DNA of 64,000 nucleotides from Minisyncoccota bacterium (GTDB lineage Bacteria > Patescibacteriota > Minisyncoccia > Phycocordibacterales > UBA9973), in contig JBAYLA010000003.1 in the NCBI GenBank assembly GCA_041664285.1, positions 4,684 to 68,683 of the forward strand. The letters run 5' to 3'. Each line of letters begins with the position of its first letter. Position 1 is the first letter of the stretch. The notes under the pieces are model-generated. The model was not told the origin of the DNA. It worked only from the letters and a program-made list of their open reading frames with translations, and made no database searches. Both the position numbers and the translations under genes were made by a program. This document shows, piece after piece, positions 28,297 to 38,828 of this stretch.

Positions 28297-30845
28297 ATGG
28301 AGAAAGTTGAAAACATTCCAGGTCTTTCTCAAGTAGAGGCCGAAAAAATTTTAAAAATTGACGGTTTTAATGAATTACCCTCTCAGAAAAAACAGAGTGG
28401 TTTTTTTATTTTACTGAAAGTGTTGTCTGAGCCAATGCTTGTTTTGTTGCTTGGAGCTGGAGCAATCTATTTATTCTTAGGAGAAGCGAAAGATGCACTG
28501 ATGCTTCTGTCTTTTGTGTTCGTGGTTGTTGGTATCACATTTTATCAAGAAAGAAAAACAGAAAAAACACTTGAAGCCTTGCGTGATTTATCGAGTCCTA
28601 GAGCTTTGGTTATTAGAGATGGAGAGCAGAAAAGAATTGCAGGAAGGGAAGTTGTTAAAGGAGATATCATTATTGTTCATGAGGGGGATAGAATACCGGC
28701 TGATGCAGTTGTTCTTTCTTGTGAAAATCTTTCAGTGGATGAATCACTTTTAACAGGAGAATCAATGCCAGTTAGAAAAATGGAATGGGATGAAAAGATA
28801 ATAAAACAAAAACCAGGGGGGATGATTTACCTTTTGTTTATTCTGGGACAATGGTAGTAAATGGTCGAGGGATAGTGCAAGTAAATTTTACTGGTCTTAA
28901 TACTGAAATTGGTAAAATTGGCAGAAGTTTAGAAAATATCAAAGAAGAAGATACGCTTTTAAAGAAAGAAACAAAAAAAATTGTTCAATCAGTAGCTATT
29001 GTTGGGGTAATCCTTTGTTTACTTGTTGTTATATTTTACACGGTTGTTAAAGGTAGTTTAATTAATGGATTTTTGGCTGGAATAACATTAAGCATGGCAA
29101 TGCTCCCAGAGGAATTTCCAGTGGTACTTTTGATATTTTTAACTTTAGGTGCATGGAGAATTTCAAAAAGAAAAGTTCTTACTAGGCGACCTGCTGCTAT
29201 TGAGACATTAGGAGCAGCAACTGTTCTTTGTACAGACAAAACTGGAACACTTACATTAAATAAAATGGAATTAAGTAGTTTATACGCCAATGGTTCTTTT
29301 TGTGAAATTAAGGATCTAACTTTTAACAAACTTTTAGAAAAATTTGAAATTCTTTTGGAATTTGGAATTTTAGCTAGTAGAAAAGACCCATTTGATCCGA
29401 TTGAAAAAGAATTGAACAAAATTGGTAATTTATATCTTAAAAAAATAAAAGAAACTTATCATAATTACGATTTAGTAAGAGAGTATTCTTTGTCAAAAAA
29501 ACTTCTAGCCTTATCACATGTTTGGCAATCGAAAGATAAGAAAAATTTTATTCTTGCCTCTAAAGGAGCACCCGAAGCAATTTTAAAATTATGCAATTCA
29601 AGTGATGAGGAAAAGGAAAAAATTTTACAAAAAGTAAAAGAAATGTCTAAAAAGGGATTGCGGGTACTAGGGGTTGCTCGGGGAATATTTACGAGAGACG
29701 TTTTACCTGACCAACAACATGAATTTGATTTCGAATTTGTTGGTCTGCTTGGTTTTATTGATCCAGTACGAGCCACAGTTCCTAACGCTGTAAGAGAAGC
29801 TTATGATGCTGGAATAAAAGTAATTGTAATTACAGGAGATTACCCTGGTACGGCTCAATTTATAGCTAAAGAAATTGGAATAAAAAATATTGAAGAATAT
29901 TTAACAGGAGAAGATTTAGAAAAGATGGATCATTTAAAACTTCGAGAGAAAATAAAGACCATAAATATTTTTGCTAGAGTTGCACCAGAACAAAAATTAC
30001 TTATTGTAAACGCATTAAAAGCAAATGGTGAAATTGTTGCGATGACGGGTGATGGAGTAAATGATGCCCCAGCATTAAAGTCAGCTCATATTGGAGTTGC
30101 TATGGGAGAAAGAGGAACAGATGTGGCTCGAGAAGCTTCTTCCTTGGTTTTACTTAACGACGACTTTTCTTCAATTGTTGTCGCTGTTCGCTTGGGGCGA
30201 AGAATTTATAACAACTTAAAGAGGGCAATGGGATATATTTTAGCTGTACATGTTCCAATTGCCGGGATGTCTATTCTGCCTTTGTTTTTTAATATGCCGG
30301 TCGTATTGCTTCCAGCTCATATTGCTTTTTTAGAATTAATTATTGATCCTGCTTGCTCGACGGTTTTTGAAGCGGAAAAAGAAGATGAAAATATAATGAA
30401 AAGACCACCGAGGAACCTTCATCAGCGGATGTTTAATTTAAAAACAGTATCAATTAGTATGATGCAAGGGCTTGGTGTTTTGATAGCGACATTTGTTCTA
30501 TTTATTTTTGCCGTTAAGACGGGCAGGACTGAAATTGAAGCTCGATCAATTGCCTTTGTGGCATTAGTTTTGGGAAACTTAATGCTTATTGTTATTAACT
30601 TGTCATGGAGTAAAAATATTTTTAAAACCCTTAGATCTGCCAATAAAATATTCTATATGGTTTTCTTTGGAGCATTGTTGTGTTTAATGGCAGTATTATA
30701 TATACCGTTTTTTGCCAATCTTTTTCATTTAGGCCCACTAAATTATAAAGATTTTATTCTTGTAACTGCCGCTGTTTTATTAAGCTTAGCTTGGTTTGAA
30801 ATATTGAAATTATTTAAAAATAAAAATGAAATAAAATTTACTTGA
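28297..30845 (+). pseudogene. Cation-transporting P-type ATPase (P2, Ca2+-like), split by a one-base frameshift at G6 28816..28821
   Basis: ORF1 has DESLLTGES; ORF2 has PEEFP, DKTGTLT, KGAPE, TGDGVNDAPALK; one extra G restores ...KPGGDDLPFVYSGTMV. Confidence 0.85.
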
Positions 30846-30847
30846 TT

Positions 30848-31243
30848 TTATTTTTTTTCTTCTAGTTCTCCATCAATATGATCTAGCTTTTTTTCTAGTC
30901 TACTTAAAGTATTTTGTAAATTTTTAAGTTGGGTTTCTTCTGTTTCTATTTCACCTTCTTCTTTTTCTGTAATTTTTTTCTCACCGACAAGTCCAGTAAC
31001 AATAAGACGATTCCCAAGGAATTCAGTGACAAACAAACCAACCACTACAAGAATAGAAGTTCCAATAATAAGTGAGAAAATACTTCCTATACCCATATCA
31101 TCAGCTGTGTGCCATACTCCACGCCAAAACAGCACAATACCAGTACCCCCAATAAATGCATATAAAATAGGGTAATGACTTAACTTTATTCTAATTTTAT
31201 CTTCTAATTTATCAAAAAAGTCTACAAATTTTTTTATTGACAT
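30848..31243 (-). CDS. Conserved CPR membrane protein with coiled-coil tail
   Basis: FFDKLEDKIRIKLSHYPILYAFIGGTGIVLFWRGVWHTAD; ATG at 31243 preferred. Confidence 0.7.
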   Translation of the reverse strand: MSIKKFVDFFDKLEDKIRIKLSHYPILYAFIGGTGIVLFWRGVWHTADDMGIGSIFSLIIGTSILVVVGLFVTEFLGNRLIVTGLVGEKKITEKEEGEIETEETQLKNLQNTLSRLEKKLDHIDGELEEKK

Positions 31244-31281
31244 AGAAACTATTATACATGAAGATATGATAATATAAAAAT

Positions 31282-31737
31282 ATGGAAAAGAAGATAGTGA
31301 AAATTTCAAAAAATCTTAAAGAAACCGCCGAAATAGCTAGAATGTTTTTCGATAAGATTTTAAAAGAAAAAAATAAAAATAAAGGTGCTTTGGTGATTGC
31401 TTTATCTGGAGACTTGGGTGCTGGGAAGACTTTTTTTACTCAAGTAGTGGCAAAATATCTTGGTATAAAGCATCATGTCACTAGTCCTACTTTTGTCATT
31501 ATGAAAAAATATCCAATCAAAACAAAAACACACAAATTTATTTTTCATTTTGATGCTTATCGTTTAGAAAGTTATAAAGAATTAATGCATTTAGGTTGGG
31601 AAGAAATTATTAATAATAAAGAGCATTTAGTTTTTATTGAATGGCCAGAAAATGTGAAAAAAGTTATTCCATTAGGAGCTAAATTTGTTTACATTTCACA
31701 TAAAGAAAATAACCAAAGAATTTTAGAACTTAAATAA
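31282..31737 (+). CDS. tsaE: tRNA t6A biosynthesis ATPase TsaE
   Basis: LSGDLGAGKT, SPTFVI, HFDAYRL, IEWPE. Confidence 0.95.
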   Translation: MEKKIVKISKNLKETAEIARMFFDKILKEKNKNKGALVIALSGDLGAGKTFFTQVVAKYLGIKHHVTSPTFVIMKKYPIKTKTHKFIFHFDAYRLESYKELMHLGWEEIINNKEHLVFIEWPENVKKVIPLGAKFVYISHKENNQRILELK

Positions 31738-31740
31738 ATT

Positions 31741-32307
31741 ATGCAAACAAAAAAAAGTATTTGGGATAATAAGAAGTTGGTAGAAACTCTTGAAAAAGGT
31801 GGAGTTGTGGTTATGCCTACGGACACTATTTATGGGATTGCTGGGAAAGCACAGGACCTTATAACAGTAGAACATATTTATGCTTTACGAAAAAGAAGCC
31901 CTAATAAACCTTGTATTATTCTCATTGGTGATATTAATGAATTAGATAAATTTTCTATTACTCTTTCTGAAGAGCAAAAAAATGTTATAAAGAATTTTTC
32001 TTTACCTACAAGTTTTATCCTAGATTGTCCCCTTGAAGAATTTGCGTATTTGCATCGTGGAACGAAAACTTTAGCGTTTAGAATACCTCTAAACGAAGAT
32101 CTGAGGAAATTATTAATTCAAACGGGACCTCTCGTTGCACCTTCTGCAAACCCTGAAGGGTTGTCTCCGGCTAAAAGTATTATTGAAGCAAAAAAATATT
32201 TTGGCGACTCTGTTGATTTATATATAGATGGTGGAAATATTACCAACAAAGCCTCAAAAATTTTGAAATTAAATAAAGATGGAACGGTAATTGTCATTAG
32301 GGAATAA
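31741..32307 (+). CDS. tsaC: L-threonylcarbamoyladenylate synthase (TsaC/YrdC)
   Basis: PTDTIYG, KRSPNKP, AFRIP, APSAN. Confidence 0.92.
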   Translation: MQTKKSIWDNKKLVETLEKGGVVVMPTDTIYGIAGKAQDLITVEHIYALRKRSPNKPCIILIGDINELDKFSITLSEEQKNVIKNFSLPTSFILDCPLEEFAYLHRGTKTLAFRIPLNEDLRKLLIQTGPLVAPSANPEGLSPAKSIIEAKKYFGDSVDLYIDGGNITNKASKILKLNKDGTVIVIRE

Positions 32308-32330
32308 AAAGTAATTATTTAATTTTACAA

Positions 32331-33689
32331 TTACAAAAACGATACCAGTAGCGCTATGGCAAAAAGACCCATGACTATGAATGCAGTCCAGAGTCCAAGT
32401 TTAGAGGCTATGCCACTCTTATGTTCGCCCATTACATCACTCTTACTTGAAACCCTAGCAATAAAATAAATAAGTGGCACTGCAGCAATACCATTAAATA
32501 CGGCTGTAAAAACAAGCGCCTTAATAGGGTTAAAACCAATAAAGTTGAAAACCAATCCAACTAAAGTACCAACAATAATTACAAAATAAAAATTGCGAGA
32601 CTGTTTGAATTTACGGAACAAGCCCTCTTTCCAACTAAATGTCTCGGCTACTGCATAGGCAGAACTTCCAGCTAATACTGGGATACTTTGCAGACCAATA
32701 CCAACAACACCAATAGCAAAAATAAGTTTGGCTAAATATCCAGCATTAGGAAAAGTATGTACCAATGGTTCAAGTGCTCGGGCAGCATCAGCGGCCGTGC
32801 TTATGTTGGTTACTCCAGCTTGGTTTAAAACTACGGCTCCAACAATAATGATGAACCAAGCAGTTACATTGGAAAATAGCATTCCTATTGCATTATCAAT
32901 GCGTAAATTTTTTAAATACGATTTTGTTAACTTAGGAACACCACCATGTTGTGGAATTTTGTGTTTAGTAATTGCATCTTCAACCACATTACTTGTTTGC
33001 CAAAAGAATAAATATGGTGAAATAGTTGTACCAAAAATTCCTACGACAATGTATAAAAAAGAACTGTTTAATTGTATTTTAGGGATGAGGGTAGCTTTCA
33101 ATACTTCCATCCAAGGTACGGCAACTAAAAAAGCTGTAATAAAGTAAGCAAATAAAGCCATCGCTAACCATTTTAAAATTCGTATATAGGTGCGATAAGG
33201 AATGAGTACTTCCAGTAATATTATTAGCAAAGCAAAACCAATTGCTAAAACTGGGAATGAAAGACTGGGGATGATTAATCGGGTACTTTCTGCCATGGCT
33301 CCAATGTCAGCGCCGATATTAAGGGTGTTGGCGCATACCACTAATAACACAATTGGATATAATATTTTTTTTGGATAATGTTCACGAATAACCGCTGCTA
33401 ATCCTTTACCGGTGACAGCTCCTATTCTCATACAAGCTTCTTGTACGGCAGTCATAAGTGGAAGAGTGAAGAGCATAGTCCAAGGTAATAAAAAGCCAAA
33501 TTGTGCCCCAGCTTGAGAATAAGTAGCAATACCAGATGGATCATCATCGGCAGCACCGGTGACAATACCTGGACCAAGAATTTTCAAAAATCGCCCAAAT
33601 CGTTTTGGGGCTTTATTTTTTTTAACTATTTTGTCTAATGTATTATTCTGTTCAGAGTCAGCGATTATTTCATCAGGGAATTTGACCAT
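32331..33689 (-). CDS. NRAMP-family divalent metal transporter
   Basis: LGPGIVTGAADDDPSGIATYSQAGA; GTTISPYLFFWQ; ATG 33689 preferred. Confidence 0.9.
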   Translation of the reverse strand: MVKFPDEIIADSEQNNTLDKIVKKNKAPKRFGRFLKILGPGIVTGAADDDPSGIATYSQAGAQFGFLLPWTMLFTLPLMTAVQEACMRIGAVTGKGLAAVIREHYPKKILYPIVLLVVCANTLNIGADIGAMAESTRLIIPSLSFPVLAIGFALLIILLEVLIPYRTYIRILKWLAMALFAYFITAFLVAVPWMEVLKATLIPKIQLNSSFLYIVVGIFGTTISPYLFFWQTSNVVEDAITKHKIPQHGGVPKLTKSYLKNLRIDNAIGMLFSNVTAWFIIIVGAVVLNQAGVTNISTAADAARALEPLVHTFPNAGYLAKLIFAIGVVGIGLQSIPVLAGSSAYAVAETFSWKEGLFRKFKQSRNFYFVIIVGTLVGLVFNFIGFNPIKALVFTAVFNGIAAVPLIYFIARVSSKSDVMGEHKSGIASKLGLWTAFIVMGLFAIALLVSFL

Positions 33690-33720
33690 AAATAAAGTAT
33701 AGCTAATTTTTTTCTTTTGG

Positions 33721-33764
33721 TATACCCCCACACTTATTATTGATTAAATAAGTGTGGGGGTATA
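33721..33764. repeat. Palindromic repeat family B, copy between divergent NRAMP and murB
   Basis: TATACCCCCACACTTATT-N8-AATAAGTGTGGGGGTATA perfect 18-bp arms. Confidence 0.85.
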
Positions 33765-33779
33765 ACATAGATACATAAT

Positions 33780-34793
33780 ATGAAAATTTTTAAGGACTAT
33801 AATTTGAAAGAGTTAAATACATTTAGGATTGAGGTGAAGGCTAAATTTTTTACTGAAATAAATAGCGAAAATGATTTAGTTGAACTTTTTAATCAAGAAG
33901 AATTTAAAAATAATCATAGAATGTTTTTGGGTGGCGGTAGTAATGTTTTATTTACAAAAGATTTTGATGGAATTGTGGTTTTAAATAAACTAAAAGGGAT
34001 AGAAACTACAAGGGAAGATTCTGAAAATGTCTTGGTCCGTTCTTTTGGAGGAGAGCTCTGGCAGGACCTTATAATGTTCGTGGTAAATAATGGATATTGG
34101 GGGATTGAAAATTTGGCTTTTATCCCAGGGACCGTTGGGGCTACTCCGATTCAAAATATTGGAGCGTATGGGATAGAACTCAAAGATATTTTGGAAAATG
34201 TTGAAACTTTTGAAGTTGGAACAGGGGAAAAGAAAATTTTTTCTAAAGAAGAGTGTGAATTAGGGTATAGAGATAGTGTTTTTAAAAATAAATTAAAGGA
34301 AAAATATTTTATCTCAGCCATAACTTTAAAGTTAAATAAAATACCAAGGCCAAATCTTTCTTATAAAATTCTATCTGATTATTTAGAAAAAAATAAAATC
34401 AAAATAAATGGTCCGAAAGATATTAGTGATGCTGTGACATTTATACGACAAAATAAATTGCCAAGTCCGAAGATGATAGGAAATGCAGGGAGCTTCTTTA
34501 AAAATGTTTTTATATCAAAAGAACAATTGAATCATTTACTAAAAATTTATCCAAATATGCCATATTTTGAGGAAGAAAAGGTTACAAAAATTCCAGCTGG
34601 ATGGCTCATTGAACAATGTGAATGGAAAGGGCATAAAGCTGGTAATGTCGGAGTTTATGAAAAACAAGCATTGGTTTTGGTTAATTATGGGGGGGCAACT
34701 GGGAGTGAAATTCTTGAATTGGCAAATAAAATTATAACATCTGTTAAAGAAAAATTTGGACTTGAATTACTCCCTGAAGTCAATATTGTGTAA
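33780..34793 (+). CDS. murB: UDP-N-acetylenolpyruvoylglucosamine reductase
   Basis: GGGSNVLF, IPGTVGATPIQNIGAYG, YRDSVFK, GNAGSFFKN, EVNI. Confidence 0.96.
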   Translation: MKIFKDYNLKELNTFRIEVKAKFFTEINSENDLVELFNQEEFKNNHRMFLGGGSNVLFTKDFDGIVVLNKLKGIETTREDSENVLVRSFGGELWQDLIMFVVNNGYWGIENLAFIPGTVGATPIQNIGAYGIELKDILENVETFEVGTGEKKIFSKEECELGYRDSVFKNKLKEKYFISAITLKLNKIPRPNLSYKILSDYLEKNKIKINGPKDISDAVTFIRQNKLPSPKMIGNAGSFFKNVFISKEQLNHLLKIYPNMPYFEEEKVTKIPAGWLIEQCEWKGHKAGNVGVYEKQALVLVNYGGATGSEILELANKIITSVKEKFGLELLPEVNIV

Positions 34794-34849
34794 AAAAAGT
34801 ATAAGGTTTACAATAAGGTTATTAAAAGGCTAATTAATTTTTTTTAGTT

Positions 34850-35317
34850 ATGGAAAAGAAAAATATGAATATAATTTTGGCAGTTGTTATCTGTGTAGTT
34901 TTAGTAGGAATTTTAATTTTTATTAGCATAAACAATAAAGAAAATATGGCTCCAAGTAATAATGATCTAAATAATGTCGCAAATAATACACCTACACCTG
35001 TTCCCACAGCAGGAGAAGGAGAGGTGGCAAAGGTGGGTGATGTGGTTTCAATGAATTACACTGGTCGTCTAGAAAATGGTACAGTTTTTGATTCTAATGT
35101 GGATCCAAAATTTAACCATGTGCAACCATTTGATTTTACCTTGGGTGCTGGACAAGTAATTGCTGGTTGGGATAAAGGAATAGTTGGAATGAAAGTGGGA
35201 GAAAAAAAGACACTAACAATACCACCAGCGGATGGTTATGGAGCAAATGGACAAGGTCCGATTCCTCCAAACTCCACTTTGATTTTTGATGTCGAGCTTT
35301 TAGCAATTAAAAAATAA
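34850..35317 (+). CDS. Membrane-anchored FKBP-type peptidyl-prolyl isomerase
   Basis: YTGRLENGTVFDS, GQVIAGWDKG, IPPNSTLIFDVEL. Confidence 0.94.
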   Translation: MEKKNMNIILAVVICVVLVGILIFISINNKENMAPSNNDLNNVANNTPTPVPTAGEGEVAKVGDVVSMNYTGRLENGTVFDSNVDPKFNHVQPFDFTLGAGQVIAGWDKGIVGMKVGEKKTLTIPPADGYGANGQGPIPPNSTLIFDVELLAIKK

Positions 35318-35347
35318 TTTGCTCCAATATGTTGGGGACATAAATAT

Positions 35348-36169
35348 ATGGAAATATTACCAGAACAAAAAGTTAGAATATATCGTGGATTAAAAATTGC
35401 GCTCATTGTTTTCTTGGCTGTTTTGGTTGCTAATGCCTTGTTTGACGGTAGAGGGTATAGAGATGAAAACAAAACACCAAATACCATAACTTTCTCTGGT
35501 CATGGAGAAGTTACTGCTGTGCCTGATATTGCGAATGTCTATTTTACAATTAGCAAAGATGACACAACAGTTAAAGATGCTCAGGCAGGAGTGGCTGTAA
35601 TCGAGAAAAAAGCCTTAGATCTTTTGAAGGCAAAAGGAGTAGAAGATAAAGACATTAAGACAACTAATGCATCTTTCTATCCTAAATATGAATATAGAAA
35701 ATCTGTTTGTCCGCAACCAGCTCCATTAGATTCTATAACAGTGAGCGTCCCTTATTATTGTCCTAGTGGTAAACAAGTATTGATTGGTTATACAGCAAGT
35801 GAAAGCATTACAGTAAAAGTTCGCAACACAGATAGTGTTGGGGACATTATGCAAGGGCTCGGGACTACAGGTGTTTCTGATTTGAGTGGTCCAAGTTTTG
35901 CGATTGACAAAGAAGATGCATTAAAAGCACAAGCAAGGAAATTAGCTATTGATGATGCAAAAGCAAAGGCAAAAGTACTAGCCAAAGATTTAGGAGTGAG
36001 TTTAAAGAAGATTGTTTCTTTTTCTGAAAATGGGAATTACCCAATTATGTATGCTGAAAAAGCAATGACATCTTTGGATAGCGCAGGAAGTGCCCCATCC
36101 CCAGCAGTCCTTCCAAAAGGGGAGAATACAATATCTTCAGATGTAACGATAACTTACGAAATTAGATAA
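35348..36169 (+). CDS. SIMPL (DUF541) domain protein
   Basis: ITFSGHGEVTAVPDIA, AIDDAKAKAKVLA, VTITYEI. Confidence 0.9.
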   Translation: MEILPEQKVRIYRGLKIALIVFLAVLVANALFDGRGYRDENKTPNTITFSGHGEVTAVPDIANVYFTISKDDTTVKDAQAGVAVIEKKALDLLKAKGVEDKDIKTTNASFYPKYEYRKSVCPQPAPLDSITVSVPYYCPSGKQVLIGYTASESITVKVRNTDSVGDIMQGLGTTGVSDLSGPSFAIDKEDALKAQARKLAIDDAKAKAKVLAKDLGVSLKKIVSFSENGNYPIMYAEKAMTSLDSAGSAPSPAVLPKGENTISSDVTITYEIR

Positions 36170-36221
36170 ATAATGTCTTTTTCTTTGGTTGATTGACTAT
36201 ATTGAGCAAATAGAGTATTAT

Positions 36222-36250
36222 AAAAAAAGCCCTTGAAAGGGGGCTTTTTT
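36222..36250 (+). terminator. Terminator-like hairpin between SIMPL gene and secE
   Basis: AAAAAAAGCCCTT-GAAA hairpin closing into GGGGGCTTTTTT. Confidence 0.65.
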
Positions 36251-36275
36251 AAAAGAATTAAAATATTTTATTAAT

Positions 36276-36461
36276 ATGTCAAAAATAATCGAGTATTTTC
36301 AAGAAACAAAGACAGAATTGAAACATGTAATTTGGCCATCTCGAAACCAGACTTTGTACTATACGATAATAGTTATTATTTTATCTTTAGTTATCTCATA
36401 CTATTTGGGTATTTTTGATTTTATTTTTTCTCAAGGCTTACAAAAAATAATTACCCCATAA
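36276..36461 (+). CDS. secE: Preprotein translocase subunit SecE
   Basis: ELKHVIWPS plus TM; upstream of nusG. Confidence 0.92.
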   Translation: MSKIIEYFQETKTELKHVIWPSRNQTLYYTIIVIILSLVISYYLGIFDFIFSQGLQKIITP

Positions 36462-36465
36462 ATCC

Positions 36466-37011
36466 ATGGCAAAACAAGAAACATTGGGAGTCAGAAATTG
36501 GTACGCAATACATACTTACGCTGGATACGAGAACGTTGTTCTTCGTAATTTAAAACAGCGCATTGACTCTCTTGGGATGAATGACAAGATTTTCAATGTG
36601 ATTGTTCCAGTTGAAAAGAAAATAAAAATTAAAGCAGGTAAACGAGTAGAAGTGGAAGAAAAAATTTATCCAGGCTATGTGTTAGTGGATATGATTGTAA
36701 CTGACGATTCTTGGTATGTAGTGAGGAATACTCCTCGAGTGACTGGCTTCGTAGGTGCAGGAGTGAACCCTGTTCCACTAAAAAGTGACGAAGTTGAATT
36801 TTTATTTAAGAAAATGAACGTAGGTACCACTAAGCATAATATTGATATGGTGGTTGGAGAAACTGTTTTGATTAATGATGGTCCTTTTAAAGATCTAGAG
36901 GGGAAAATAAGTTCTGTCGATCAGGATCGTGGAAAAGTTAAAGTCCTTGTTTCAATGTTTGGTCGCGAAACTCCAGTGGAGCTCGATTTCTTGCAAGTTA
37001 AGAAGATTTAA
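36466..37011 (+). CDS. nusG: Transcription factor NusG
   Basis: [37 protein letters not shown]. Confidence 0.97.
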   Translation: MAKQETLGVRNWYAIHTYAGYENVVLRNLKQRIDSLGMNDKIFNVIVPVEKKIKIKAGKRVEVEEKIYPGYVLVDMIVTDDSWYVVRNTPRVTGFVGAGVNPVPLKSDEVEFLFKKMNVGTTKHNIDMVVGETVLINDGPFKDLEGKISSVDQDRGKVKVLVSMFGRETPVELDFLQVKKI

Positions 37012-37029
37012 GTTAATCTGTATATTCAT

Positions 37030-37455
37030 ATGGCAAAGAAAATAACTAAAAAAATAAAACTACAAATTCAAGCTGCTAAAGCAACTCCAGCGCCTCCTTT
37101 AGGTCCAGCGCTTGGCCAGGCGGGTATTAACATTGGAGACTTTGTCACTAAATTTAATGCAGCGACACAAAAAATGGCTGGGGATAAAGTATCTGTAAAA
37201 ATCACTGTCTACGAAGATCGCAGTTATGATTTTATTGTTAAAACCCCTCCCGTAACAGGACTTATTTTAAAAGCAGCTGGAGTAGAAAAAGGTTCTGGTA
37301 AAAATGCTGCCACGAAAGCTGGGAAAATTACTCGTGCACAAGCCTTAGAGATAGCAAAGAAAAAAATGGCTGATTTGAATGCAAAAGACGATGAAGGCGC
37401 TATCAATATTATTGCTGGCTCTGCTCGCTCGATGGGGATTGAAGTGAAAGATTAG
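37030..37455 (+). CDS. rplK: 50S ribosomal protein L11
   Basis: [23 protein letters not shown]. Confidence 0.97.
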   Translation: MAKKITKKIKLQIQAAKATPAPPLGPALGQAGINIGDFVTKFNAATQKMAGDKVSVKITVYEDRSYDFIVKTPPVTGLILKAAGVEKGSGKNAATKAGKITRAQALEIAKKKMADLNAKDDEGAINIIAGSARSMGIEVKD

Positions 37456-37471
37456 TTTCTTAATTAAAAAC

Positions 37472-38143
37472 ATGCAAACACTTACAGAAAAGGATTATAA
37501 AAAGATTCTCATTTGTTTAACTCTTTACATTACCTCTCTTTTTGCTGCCAACACACTTGGTATTAAAACTATGCCTTTTCTTTTTAGCACTCATCTTTCG
37601 GTGGCTGTTTTTTCTTTTCCGATTGTTTTCATTATGACAGACGTTATTGGAGAAGTTTATGGAAAAAAAATGGCGAATAATTTTGTTTTTGCTGGAGTAA
37701 TCTCTATTTTACTTTTTTTGTTTTATTCTTTTATCTCTGATGTTGCACCATGGTCACAGAATAGTTCATGGGCCAAAGATTCTTTCAGCACTATTTTTGG
37801 AATTTCTGCTCGTTTTTCCATAGCATCTATTGTTGCTTTTATTATTGCAGAATATCAAGATGTTTTATCTTTCTTTTTTTTAAAGAAAAAAATTGGTGAA
37901 AAACAATTTTGGCTTCGTTCAAATCTTTCAAATGTTTGGTCACAGTTTTTTGATAGTGCTATTTTTATACTTATTGCTTTTGTAGGCACTGGGAGATACT
38001 CAGGAAAGGATATGTTGCTGATGATTATTGCTTGGTGGATTTACAAAGTCTTTATGGGATTTCTCTTTACTCCACTTTCATATTTGGGAATTCGTTTACT
38101 AAGGGGGAAACAAAGTAATGCAAGTTATATCAATCAAAACTAA
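37472..38143 (+). CDS. YhhQ/Vut_1-family (queuosine precursor) transporter
   Basis: FPIVFIMTDVIGEVYG, RFSIAS, WLRSNLSNVWSQFFDS. Confidence 0.88.
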   Translation: MQTLTEKDYKKILICLTLYITSLFAANTLGIKTMPFLFSTHLSVAVFSFPIVFIMTDVIGEVYGKKMANNFVFAGVISILLFLFYSFISDVAPWSQNSSWAKDSFSTIFGISARFSIASIVAFIIAEYQDVLSFFFLKKKIGEKQFWLRSNLSNVWSQFFDSAIFILIAFVGTGRYSGKDMLLMIIAWWIYKVFMGFLFTPLSYLGIRLLRGKQSNASYINQN

Positions 38144-38828
38144 AATATTTCAGGAGAATGAAGATTTATTTGCATTTATTTTGAAATACGTTAAGAAAAT
38201 TCCTGATAATTCTGTTTTAGTTGTAACTTCTAAGATAGTAGCTTTGTCTGAGGGGAGAACTTCGGAGTATAAAAACAAAAAGCAAAAATCTGAATTAATT
38301 AAAAAAGAAAGTGAATTTTCTTTAAAAACTAAAATTGTTTGGTTAACCGTTAAAGATGGCATGGTGTTAGCAAATGCTGGCATTGATGAATCAAATGCAA
38401 AAAATAAAATAATTCTTTTACCAAAAAATAGTTTTGAGAGTGCAGAAATTTTGCGTAAAAAACTGATGAAAAAATTTCGTTTAAAGAATTTTGGTGTTTT
38501 AATAACAGACTCACGATTAATGCCGTTTCGTGTTGGAGCCGTAGGGATAGCCTTAGGTTATGCCGGTTTCAAGGGTGTTAAAAATTATATAGGGAAAAAA
38601 GATATTTTTGGTAGAGTTTTTAAAATATCAAAAACTAATATTGCTGATGGTTTAGCCACAACTGCAGTGCTCTGCATGGGAGAAGGAAAAGAACAACAAC
38701 CACTGGCCTTAATAACAGATGCACCAGTTGTTTTTACTAAAAAAATAAAAACAAACGAGCTTGTTGTTAATTTTGCAAAAGACATTTACGCTCCATTTTT
38801 TACCAATTTAAAAAATGAAAGAAAATAA
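38118..38828 (+). CDS. CofE-like (F420-0:gamma-glutamyl ligase family) protein
   Basis: VVTSKIVALSEG, ANAGIDESN, ITDSR..P.R.G..G.ALG, MGEGKEQQP. Confidence 0.85.
   Translation: MQVISIKTKIFQENEDLFAFILKYVKKIPDNSVLVVTSKIVALSEGRTSEYKNKKQKSELIKKESEFSLKTKIVWLTVKDGMVLANAGIDESNAKNKIILLPKNSFESAEILRKKLMKKFRLKNFGVLITDSRLMPFRVGAVGIALGYAGFKGVKNYIGKKDIFGRVFKISKTNIADGLATTAVLCMGEGKEQQPLALITDAPVVFTKKIKTNELVVNFAKDIYAPFFTNLKNERK

Noticed and set aside
38118-38828. True F420 biosynthesis
   Set aside because: No cofC/cofD/cofGH in the window; the folate/thymidylate context fits better
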